From: Catajapyx aquilonaris
Taxonomy: Eukaryota
NCBI GenBank assembly: GCA_000934665.2
Contig: KZ538267.1
Coordinates: 62,001 to 89,069 of the forward strand
Length of the DNA stretch: 27,069 bases
Direction: 5' to 3'
Shown in pieces: positions 10,933-22,300 of this stretch. Within the stretch, counting starts at the first letter, position 1. Each line of letters opens with the position of its first letter. The notes beneath the pieces were generated by a model. The model was not told the origin of the DNA, ran no database searches, and was given only the letters and a program-made list of their open reading frames with translations. The translations under genes and the position numbers were made by a program.

Positions 10933-11221
10933 CAGGGTGTTTCAACTTTTTTGTTCGAACAGTTATCGGAAAATTGCACGTAGCTGCTACTTTGTAAGCA
11001 GTGACTTGCAACCGGTGATTTGTCGTACACCCCATGGCATGTGTGGCCCTCTTTTTTCCAGGCTTGACCCTCAATTTTCAACGGGCAGTACGTATGCCAC
11101 TTCTCTACCTACGATTCGCAGGGTTCCTCCGAAAAATCACCGTTTGCAAGTCACTGCTTACAAAGTAGCAGCTACGTGCAATGTTTCGATAACTGTTCGG
11201 ACAAAACGGTGAAACACCCTG
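10933..11221. mobile_element. Tc1/mariner-type MITE (CAGGGTG termini), 289 bp
   Basis: TA|CAGGGTGTTTCA...TGAAACACCCTG|TA. TIRs are about 92 bp (10933-11025 and 11130-11221) and include a perfect 39-bp inverted block (10973-11011 and 11144-11182). TA target duplication is present. The ORF track shows the same peptide (NHRLQVTAYKVAATCN) on both strands as a consequence. Confidence 0.92.
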
Positions 11222-14200
11222 TACATTCATACCAACAAACTTTCCCGTTTATACTATGAGAGATAATTATACGCATAAAAAAGATGGCACCAATATATTA
11301 GTATTATTAACACGTGCTGTAGGAGCTGCCAATCATCGTGTTAACAACATCAGTGTACATGTTGCACATGATTATTTGTTGACATTATGCCTAGAAAACA
11401 ATGCATGATGTCATAATATCATCCAGATAAATGTCCATTAACTGTCATAATTTATAAAAAGGTGTGGAGGGAGGCATCCTATACAGTACATCCAATTACA
11501 GGATACATCTATTAATTACCAATACAAAATGTCATCCGGGCTAAATGAAATTGGCGGCAACAAAAAATAAAATTAGCTCTCAAGTTAAAACAGACGTCAA
11601 GACAGGGTCCGCTGCTTTATTGGGTAATAAAGCGATATTTTGCAATAATTTCCCGTTTCAACTGCTGTTCGCGTCCATCAAATTCACGCAAAACTGCTCA
11701 TTAATAGGCCAAACCTTTAACCTTCGGTCGTTTGGCGGTTATAGCATGCGGTTGAAGCCCTACCCCATCCCCCTAAAAAAAACTGAACCCACCTCCCACG
11801 GACTGACACATTTCATATCTGTCGCATGTGACACGTCAAACGCACGAGCTCTGGATGTCACGTATACGTCAGTGATGACGAAGGTGCTAAAGTGTGCACG
11901 TGAGTGTGTGCTAGACTCGACTATAATTTTCCATCCTGAACCACGAATACCCGATCAAGATAACAGATAGTGGCTAGGGGTCATTTGGCACAAATTTTTT
12001 GCAGTTCTTTGTGAGGGGGCAATAAGCTGCTTCTCACGTGATGAGCGCCATCAGCACCTGTAGGGGGTCTACATCGCTGTGACAACAACACACGCAGACT
12101 TGTCAGTCCCCCCACCGGGTGTTCTAGGTTTCCGCTAATGACCTTTCGCTGAGAGGGACACACTCTCATGCATGGAGAGACGCCATTTTGTCAGACACGC
12201 CCTGCCGCGCCACGTGGCGGAGGCGTCGTGCTAAAAAAAAGTAGTATCAAATGGCTCGCGGAAAAAAAATTCGCCACGCCCAGCTTCAAGAGCCCTCGAG
12301 GGTTTCACACAGCATGTGGGTAGTTGCCCGGAAATGAAAAGGGTTCTCCACTAGCACCCCCATGCCAGCTAGTCCAGGCCTGAATCATCTTGCAGCCAGA
12401 CATTTTCACAGCAGGAGATTCAAGTGGGCAAAGTCAAAAGCTCTAATTAGAAAGTCGTTTCTCCTCGTTGCCCACCAACCAGAAACAATGATGTGGAATC
12501 TCGCAATCAGCTGGACCTATTAATGGCTCTGGTTCACTTGATTCGGGTACGACTGGGCTTTTGTTAGGTGGCCCAGTTCATGACAAGGTTTTTTTTTCTG
12601 TGCAATTTATAAAATGTTAATGAATTTGGAGCCAATTTATGGCACGAACCGACAGCTAACCAGATGATCCAAAATTAACAGGAGGTTTCATCGCGAACAC
12701 CTAATAAAGCAGGGGGCTGCCACCTTCGCTATGTCAACGCCCACGGCACGTACACCTTCCAACAACATGGCTTCAAAAATATTACAGCCAGTAATGCAGG
12801 GAATTCCGGTATTTACCACCCGAGCGAAAATGGCAGGCAGAGGCTTGATTAACCTGCTGGCAGGCCACACCTTGTAACTTTCTCCCTTGGAAAACCATCG
12901 GATTAGGAAAGTCAGGCAGCCCCCCCCCCCCCTCAAAACTTTAATCAAATGTTAACAAACAGCTTCTCTCTTTTTTTTCGGCGGCGGTCGCGGCAAAGGG
13001 CCGGATTTTTGAAAATTGCGGGTCCCCCAATTTGCGAAGCTCGCAGGTGGAGGCCCATCAAACTAAATAACTCAAGAGCTGCTGCGAGACACATTTATGC
13101 TGCCGGTATATTTAAAATAGCTCTTCCGAGGCTTCCGCTCTTGAAACGCTGCCTCTTAATTGGAATAGTTACTCGCATTCCCATCATGCCGTCAACGTAT
13201 TCCCGCCTCTCAGGAAAGTTGCGGGAAGAATTCGCCGAGGAGAGATAGGTAACCGGAGAAAATCTCCACTGGGTCTATTATACAAGAAACTTTGTATAAC
13301 TACGTGGGCTACACCCTCCAAGTCCTCCCACCTTTTTTTTACTTTTTATATATACACACACACACAAAAAAAAAAATCCCCCCAGAAGATCCGTAAAATT
13401 TTCATCCCACCGCTTCCACCCGATTTTCTTTCGGAAATTGTGTCTAAATGAGATCTGGGAATGATGCGCCCAGGGACTCCGGAGTGGCCTATCTTTTATC
13501 CGGGGGAAAAAAGAAGTTGCGGGTGGGAAATCTGGCCTCCCCCCAGCTATCGAATGAACCGGATTTTTTTTTTTAAACTGGAAACCCACACTTACGCTTC
13601 AAATTGGACAAAATGTTGTAGGCCTAAAATATCTTGACACTGCAATGGATACCACCCTGTACTGATTGGCATTCATGATGTGATGTTCTCTACTGTCGGT
13701 AAGGTTGAGAATCGCCACCTAGAGAATAAAATGTAACGGGCCAAAATTTTCCCTTTTCTTTTCACTTCTTCCCCCCCCCCCTTCCTCCTGCTGCCGGGGG
13801 TTTCTGGCGATTTATAATCATGGCAAAGTCTGCCTTTTGTGTGAAACACCTTTTGCTCGTAAATCCAAGCGGCCTGATTGGAATTTTAAATCGCACAGCG
13901 CTTTTTCCCAAACCCAATGGATTGCTCGCTGACAGTAACTCATGCTGTTGCGAATTAGCTGGCAGTGCTTTATTTACACTTGGAGTATTTCAAAGGCCAA
14001 TGTTAACCAGAGCCAACTATACCTAAGAGTGTCCGGATTACAGGTCCCTTTTGTGCCTTGGTTGTTTACACCCTTTAATCCATCACACCTTCTCATAACA
14101 TGTTGTTCCATTAGTGGTAATGGAACATGAAAAGAATGTACAGAGCTGTTTATCTCATTATCATTTTACAGACTTTTAGGTCCACCATCAGATTTTTTTT

Positions 14201-15042
14201 AGAGCGGATTTGGAGCGAGAACATCCTCCATCTGCAGCATCCATATGGCCTCAAAAGACAGAAAACCGGGGCCGATCGGGTTGAGTAATGAAAGTGTGGC
14301 GCCGAGGTCTGGCGCTGTAAATCCAGCCAGATGAAAGCTTGATTAGCGAGTTGGGGGCTGGTAGGGAGGGCATCAAATAAGCGCCTTTTGGTCTGGACTT
14401 GCCCAGGTTTTGCTTCCAACAGCTCGGGCGGAGTTGGTCCCCTCCAAATCCCAGCCCAATATGGGGTTGGCCCCCTGGTCACCGCGGGTTAAATTGGCCC
14501 CAGAGGTCCATCCGTCTCGGGCCAAACGCCATGCATCTTGCGGAAAACCCTCGCTCTCTCGAAATGTCCTTTTGTCCCCCCCACGAGAGTGCACAGTCCA
14601 CTGTCCCCACGCGCCTTTCGTCTTAATACCACGCATTACGCACCCGGTGGTTTAATGGGGTTGAGGGTTGGAAGGGAGGAAAGTCCATCCAGTTTCTCTC
14701 CTCCCCCATTTCCCGGGACCTGACATTAAATGCGTCTCCTGTCGGACATTTCCGGGCTCTTATTGTGACCGGGAATGGAAAAGGAAACGACGTCGCCATC
14801 CTCTTACAAGCCTCACAAAGCGCCGCGTCCAGGACTCTTTTGTTTCACCCTCACAACAAGATGGCGTCGCGCAACAGGGATGCCTAACTGACGTGACGTA
14901 AATAGCTCATAAATCAGGTGTTTATTAGGACCAGGGTGTAGCGCACGAGCTTATACACTGAAGACGACAAAAGACGCCTTGCTGTTACGTTTGTGAAGAC
15001 AGTTGATACAAATCATATATAGAATTGGCTCGGTCAGCTAGG

Positions 15043-15198
15043 TGCACTGGTGGCGCCACGAGTCAGTGGCAGAAAAAGAGCGAGCCAAAATTTGTCTTCA
15101 GTATGACCACCACTAGATTCACTGGAACAAGGGAGGTCGTCCGGAGGGCAAATTTAAATTCGCTCTTTTTACACCTACTGCTTCAGCGCCACCAGTAT
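15043..15198. repeat. Long imperfect fold-back hairpin (old MITE or structured RNA)
   Basis: Nested inverted blocks ACTGGTGGCGC/GCGCCACCAGT, AAAAAGAGCGA/TCGCTCTTTTT, AAATTTGTCTTC/GAGGGCAAATTT and ATGACCACC/GGAGGTCGT converge on a small loop near 15121-15124. Confidence 0.7.
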
Positions 15199-16690
15199 AC
15201 GACACCATTGATGTCCAGCACTGTAAAGTCTCCTTTGAAGGTCACTATTGCTCCTGGAAGTTATGCTTCATGGTTCTACAGGGGTGCGGTTGCATCAGTT
15301 CAGGATGAAACTCTGGCGTCTGTCGAGAATGTTACGTCTGTTTCAGTCACAACTTATCAATCCAGCCCTATAAAGTCAATCTACCTAAACCAAACCGCAT
15401 GTTTTAATCTCGCTTTTTGGCATACATACCTCCCGCTCTCTCTCAGCGCACACACACAAAAAATAGATATCGCCAAGCTGCAATATAATCCAACTAACCC
15501 AAAATTGCACTGCTTACGCCCAGTTGCTGCTGAATGATGAAACGAAATTTCCCAGGAGTACACACTATGAGAATAATTACAAGGGTTTGAAAGTCCGTAG
15601 GGATGAAAGTAAACTGTACAATGCACGTGGAGCCAGATTATTTCCAGGGCGATTTTCAAAAACGTTATTGCAATCTCCCTTCCAAAAAATATGATTGCCC
15701 CCTTATATTTTTTTTATCCGTAGTATAGAAGCAGGATCATATTAGAAGCTTCTTCCTCTGCCCCTGAAAAAAAAGAGTGTTCAGCATCGCCCAGGGAGCA
15801 GTGTAGTTAAGGTCCTCTTATTACATCCTCCCCCTAACTGTAATATTCTTCCTGAAAGTGACCCCCCAGCTCTAGACATTTAAAACTGAGGGTTATATGG
15901 TTGGCCCCCAGGACTAAACTGCGTGACAATGGTTTCATATTGCAAGCCTGGTCCCCCCCAAAAGAAGAGATCGGTTGTGGGGGGGATGGGAGAGGGCTTC
16001 TCTCCAAAATACGAGTCTCGTGAGCCGTATCTAGCCGACCTCTCGATTGTTTTTTCTGATAGCATTGGAAATGAGGAAGGCAGGCTGGAAGCTCCCATAG
16101 CTGTTTACCGGGCCTGCTTGTAAACTAGATTGCGTTTTTTTTCGTGTCCACTGACGATACGGCAGCTTTTTTTTCCCTCCCAACCTATTTTTTATTATCT
16201 GATGTGTACAGCGTACAGTGCAACTTGGGAGGTTTTAACAGGAGCAATAAGAGTAGTATACATTTCATGGAATATTAATTTGATTCAATTACATCCTGAG
16301 CAGGAAATGTCAACACGCCAAAAGTCATTTCAAAGTAACGTGAGGCTTTATGGAAATGTGGTTTTTCAATTAAAAAGAAGCCAGCAAATATTTCATAAAC
16401 TTACTGCTAATAAGTTCATAATTACGGGGAAAATATACTGAAGGAAATTTAATAGTGCTTATACAGGATATTTTTAGTTCATTGCATAATTATATAGGTC
16501 TATTGTGATAGCCCATTGTGATAAAGAGAAATAAATATAAATAAGTAGCCTAAATAAAATAATATATCTCCTATATATGCTAAATGGATCTAAACGCATC
16601 AATTTTTCCGCATAATTTTTAATCAAAATGGGCCAAATGCAAACTTTGAGAAACCTTCTATAGAGTTCACCACTTACATTATTTTCAAAA

Positions 16691-16770
16691 GGTCGAATTT
16701 TCATCCCACTGCTAAAGTAGGCCTACTGCTAAGTTAGTATAGTAACTATCAGTGGGACAAAAATTCAACC
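16691..16770. repeat. Short palindromic MITE-like element
   Basis: GGTCGAATTTTCATCCCACTG (16691-16711) versus CAGTGGGACAAAAATTCAACC (16750-16770) is an 18/21 inverted match, with a near-palindromic AGTTAGTATAGTAACT (16732-16747) inside. Confidence 0.65.
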
Positions 16771-17300
16771 CAAGGTCTTTAAAGCAGAGTTAAAAATTAC
16801 ATGTTTTCTTCCTCCAAACTGTCTCCTCAGTGCCCAGATGGCAGTACTATCCAAAGATGCAGTTCAAAATTTATATTCTATACTTTCAGGCCAAGAGCTG
16901 CTGTTTATCACCCGTTTAATTCTGACACATCGCCAGTATTATGTAAGGGGTTTTTTTTTGTAAAAAAAAATTACGTGCATACTTGGTTAGTATAGGCTTA
17001 TTTCAGACTCTGCCTAACTCCATTGCAAAATATTTCACAAGTCTTGCACCGCATTCTTCCGGATTTTTTAAATGCCAACACAGGGAATTTTCAAGTTGCT
17101 CAACATCCCTTCATTTGCTGTACACAAGACATCAAAAATATCCGCGATAAATTACCGATCCTTGTAATCATCTGCCTAATTGATCATTATTTACAGAGTG
17201 ATGATCGCGTGTAGTGAGGCCATCATATTTGGGGCTTAGGAATGCGGCAAAAATACTGCTGCAGTCCAACTATACAGCACGTTAGATATATTTTTTCAGC

Positions 17301-17327
17301 GTGTGTGTGAGTGAGAGAGAGAGAGAG
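17301..17327 (+). repeat. Compound (GT)n(GA)n microsatellite
   Basis: Direct reading of the sequence. Confidence 0.85.
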
Positions 17328-18989
17328 CTGTGCAAGTATCCCCCGAGTTGAGTAAACACATCAAAGCTACTACTCAGCCACATTGTGAAGCGATCCCAGG
17401 GTTTATAATCAAGGTACTTCAAAGCGACTGGATTTGAACCCCTGGCCGCAGCGCATTGTTAGAGGCTCCAAAAATCCATTGTGTCGACGGATTGTGGCAA
17501 AATTTTAACTAGTGACTGATGTTTGACTTGATAATGTAGCGTTTCCGCTGGCAATATTTGCGCATTTCGCGATGTACACTACTCTCTTTTCAGCCGGGGT
17601 GAATAATTGCATTACAATTTACAGTCTGCTGCGCTGGGTATTATTCTGCTGGGTGAGCCGAAGTAAATTCAGTGGGAGGGGGGGTGTTTTCAAAAAACAG
17701 AGATGACAAACGGTGCATTTGCACTCATATGTTTAACCAACAATAATTTTGCATCCCTATTGCCAGCCGGTGCTTATGTCAATACAAGTGAGTTGCTTTT
17801 TTTAAAAAAAAATGTAGGATCAAATAATGCCATGCAATGACTCTGGTCAAGAAAATGCTTGCTTTTCGGTTTAATATGTGATTGAACGAGCTATTGGCCT
17901 ACAATGATCGGGTTTTACAAGCAAAATTATTTGCCATGGCATTTCCGGCACAGTGCAAAATTTTGAATCGCGGGATTCACTGGCGGTTTTTATGGCCCTG
18001 TTAGCATAACAACATGAACTGACACTGAATTGACGAAACAATTTAAATTATTTACGTAAATGCAAAAGGTATATGAATTTCAGAACAAATGCTTAAATCT
18101 ACAACCTAACTAAGTACATTCCAACCAGTCTTACCAGACAGAATTACTCCGCAAATTAAAGCACCTTTTTTTGTCTCTCTTCTTCTCTGAACATCCCTGA
18201 ATCCCTGTTTACATCCAACGCATTGACTTAATTAACTCCCTTTTCCCCCCAACTCAACAAACCCTCCTATTCTTATATCCGGTCCTTTTCCCCCCAAAAA
18301 AAGAGAAGTTTTGCGGAGACTGGAGCCACAGCAACCAACTAATTCGTTTCATTTCTGTCCACATACCACTGCCGCCTTTCATTTCCACAACCCAGACTGG
18401 TGCAGACAGTATTATTTGAACACTTGTGATAAATGTTGAGGTAGTCAGTCGGAAGAAGAGGAAGTGGGGAGAACTAATTTTTTGCCCCATAAATCAAGTG
18501 GATATCGCCGGGGCCAAATTGCTTCCAACTCACCCCCACCCAACCCTCCACCCAAACCCCTTTTACCCAACATACTTCACCGACCTATAAAATGGCTTCT
18601 ACTTACAGCTTTGAACAGCGTGAAATTAAAAAAGAAAAAAGGGGGGGAAGCTCTCATCGGTGGACCAGAATGGCGCCAACTGTGGCCAGGGTGAGGTCAC
18701 ATCTACCTCTCAACACATTTAAAAAAAAAGAAGAAGAAAAAGAAGAAGAATAGTGGCGCAGTACTCCGAAGGAGAAAGAATAATACGCTTGTTCAGTGTG
18801 TTGAAAGTAGCACGAGTTGACAAGCCATGAAAACTGGTTACATGCTCCTAATTACACCCTGTACATCAAACTCTGTGCCCGCATGGAATGGGCGTACTCA
18901 TTTTATTGCAGCGACAAGGAAATTACTTTTAAAAGGCAATTAGCTTTTAATTAATTAGAAGTCACAGTCACCGCTACCAGCCTTTAAAA

Positions 18990-19301
18990 TACTAGGCCTG
19001 AAGTGGTTACTAGGTCGCAATGTTACTAGGCCTGAAGTTGTTACTAGGTCGCAATGTTACTAGGCCTGAAGGGGTTACTAGGCCTGAAGAGGTTACTAGG
19101 CCTGAAGTGGTTACTAGGCCTGAAGTGGTTACTAGGCCTGAAGAGGTTACTAGGCCTGAAGAGGTTACTAGGCCTGAAGTGGTTACTAGGCCTGAAGTGG
19201 TTACTAGGCCTGAAGTGGTTACTAGGCCTGAAGAGGTTACTAGGCCTGAAGTGGTTACTAGGCCTGAAGAGGTTACTAGGCCTGAAGAGGTTACTAGGCC
19301 T
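18990..19301 (+). repeat. 18-bp minisatellite TACTAGGCCTGAAG(A/T)GGT, about 17.5 units
   Basis: 15 units of 18 bp, two 16-bp variant units (TACTAGGTCGCAATGT at 19008 and 19042) and a partial terminal unit. Confidence 0.97.
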
Positions 19302-22300
19302 CCAAATAATATTAGGCTAAGGCTATCTTTTTTTTACTTGCGAGTTTTTCATTGAATTTTGGCGAATTATTTCAAGGATTTATTTTTTGAAACATGTCTT
19401 TCACAATGGTCGTAACTCTCTCCTGGAAGTCTGGCATCCGTTAAAAAGCAGGCCTCACTATACAACCAGATATTTTATTTCTACAGTAACCCCATCCAAC
19501 CCCAGGGCTTTATAGTAGTGCGAGCCAATCTTTCATCTGCAATCGCGTAACATGGACTTTTGCCAATGCTGCGAATAACAAAAAAAGGGGACACACACAC
19601 AGAGTTCTTGCTAAGCAAGCAGAATTAAATTCCCCGCTATTATCGGAGCGACTTGAATTGATAACCAAAAAAGCGGTCTGGGGGGGGGGGGGGGGGGGGG
19701 NNNGGGGGAATGAAATGGATCTAGGGGGAAAAGACTCATCTCGTTATTTTCATCCTGCAAATCCGGGGGGTTCAAAATAGGTGGGCTATAAAAATGAGTT
19801 GAGAGACGCAAGAATTAAATTGACACATAAGAGTGACACTTTGTTTGGTTACATTTTGTGGGTCTCTCTATATAAGTTGGTACAAGATCTTTTATCAAAC
19901 ATATCCGGATTCTTACTAAGTATAATAACTCATTCACCTAAATCGCGTCCCCATTCAGCCTCATTTTTCATTCCGGTTTAAGACACGGATCCGAGCAGAA
20001 TCGCGGGCAGATAGATTCAATTCTTTCCCAGACGAAGAAAAGGGGAGTGGAAAATTCTCATGGGTCGCGATTGAGACGAACTCTGCGAGCTGTGGGCTTC
20101 CCCCTCTTCAAGAGTTTCTCTCCCTTCCCTTAAAAGATGGGCTCTTTTCCTTCGCCTTCTACCAACCAGACTCCTTCATTGTCACCCGAACCCATTTCGA
20201 AATCCCCTACTTCAGAGGAGGGGAGAAAAGCAGAGAGAGAGCTAGCTGACGCCATGTCTTACAATGTTGACCATTCCGGAAGGTTGAGCTTGCAAAAGCT
20301 TAGGCGCGATTCGACCCCATTAACTAATTAATCCGTTTATCACCATTAATCGTTTCCTAGGCCCGTATTTCATACCTACCCAACGGATGCGATGATTTAA
20401 ATGTCGTTTTCTGGTGGTTATAACAACAAGGCTCCTGGCTCCGGATCAGAACCATCTGAAAAAATGTGTGCAATATTTTTCGCGAGATTCTTGGCACCGG
20501 TCCTGATTAATCGAAACAGGGCAGGGAAAGGGGGGGAGAGAAAATTTTTAGTTCTCTTTGTGGAGGGTTAAAAAAAGTAATTTCCATTTTGCTGATGAGA
20601 AGTGCAAGGCAGGCAATACTAATGAGCGCCATAAAACCTCTTCCAACACACGGCTCCTACAAGATGTAATCTTCAGCTCAAGCCCCGCACCTTGCTAATT
20701 GGATCAATAGTATTAGAACTATGCGAATTTTCGACGCCGTAAGAACAATATATAAAAATCGCGTTTAATAGCACCAACAAGTACAAAATTTTATGCACTG
20801 TTGAACGTATATGAAATCCTTCACTCAAACTCCTCAGTTTGAAATCAATCAAGTGAAAGCCGTTGTTCATTTTTCCATTATCATAAGGCTCATATCCTCT
20901 CATATTTTTTGGCAGGGATTGCTCGAATCGCAAACAAAATAATCCTTCCCATATACCATATGTAGTGTCAAAAGTCACGTTTCTCCATCACTCAAAAATC
21001 CTTGTCGGTATACATAAGGGAAGGGGGGGAAAAGGTACAGGCAAAGGATATAAAAAGAGAGACTAAAGGAAGGTCTGCTCGCTGAAGTGAACTTATCTAT
21101 AGACGTTCCTTTTTCCTTCGAGAGCTCTTCCGGCTCAATCGGGCTTTTTATCTGACCCTGCCACCTCGCTTCTTCTTCTGCACACACTCTTATTCTCTAC
21201 TTCACAAAATCCTTCCCTTCTAAACCGCATCAGACAAGTGTGTTCCTGTTCCACACTTACCACCAAACCGGCAGGCAGGGGGGTATTGCTCCTTTTTTTC
21301 CTTCAAAAAAATGCCAAAAGTTGGTAGAAAATTGTGCGTCACCTGTTTTCTGCACCAATTTTTTTATATCAGTTCCTCCAAAAATTTGTTCGGGGGTCCA
21401 AAAGTATCTAACATGGGGAGGTAAAACGGCGTCTCTATCGCGACGGACCATCACGACGTCACGGCGCCCTTCGAATGGGTCCTATCAGAGGAAAAGCCCC
21501 CCCTCAAGCTTTTAAAAGTGAACTTTTTTTGGCTCTGATTGGTGTGGTGTTCCGTTCAGATAACTTGACATCACCCATCTAGAGATTACACATTCCCGGT
21601 TGGGACAACGGCCGACACTTAATTTAACAGATATCCTGATAGTCCGTGTGAATAAAAGGCCTAAAGCACAGCACGCACCAACGAAACCGAACCAGTTCCG
21701 GAACAGGTTGCTTACCAAGGACAGAAATTATTGTAATTACTGATTAATACTGTAATTACAGGTATTATTTGTATCCATGTTCAATTAAATTTTTATTATT
21801 AGAATCATTTGGCATATACAAAATTGGCTTAGGAGTATGTGACTCTGTCCGTGAGTCTCGTGAGTTAGGACTGCTTCCCAGCCTGTCCAAACCTTGCCCC
21901 ATTTGTGCTTCTCTGTCCCCCTGTGCCTTTCCTTCGTCTTTTCCTCTCGAAAATCTGCTCGAGTGTCTACAAACGGCTCCTGGAGAAGGGGGATGTTGGT
22001 GTGGCAAAAAGGGTGTTGGTGTTGGGAGGGAAAAAGAGGGGGGAGGCTTTATCTATCTGGCCCACCCCCCTACGTGATTGGGGCCCCCAAAAACACTTCC
22101 TCATCAAGGCCCGCCTTCGCAGTTTAAACCTCCCCATCCCAACCTCCCAAGGCTTTTCCTTCCCCCCAGTCTACTTCAGCAACCCTGAAACACACCCTTT
22201 TGAAGAAGATGCATGGTCATCGACTCTCTTCCCTAATAATTCCACACTTTGCTCCTGGGGAAAATGGGAGGAAAATATATATGGGGGGGGGGGGGAAAGT

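Noticed and set aside
17400..17480. Minus-strand B-box-like GGTTCAAATCC suggesting a tRNA or SINE
   Set aside because: No A-box at the proper distance and no cloverleaf.
17698..17759. CAGAGATGACAAA...TTTGCATCCCTA as hAT-like TIRs
   Set aside because: Short imperfect match with no 8-bp target duplication.
19076..19300. Hammerhead-ribozyme-like CUGAAGA in the 18-bp repeat
   Set aside because: The following core reads UGAAG rather than GAAA, stem II is weak, and no stems I/III with a cleavage triplet are evident.
8921..19301. Either tandem array as a CRISPR array
   Set aside because: Units are contiguous with no unique spacers, no cas genes are present, and the context is eukaryotic.
19020..19355. 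ORFs with VTRPEE/V and LLGLKR/W repeats
   Set aside because: By-products of the 18-bp minisatellite; the 16-bp units break frame and the starts are not credible.
20700..20975. AT-rich block with the look of a transposon interior
   Set aside because: No termini, TSD or second copy is visible in the window.
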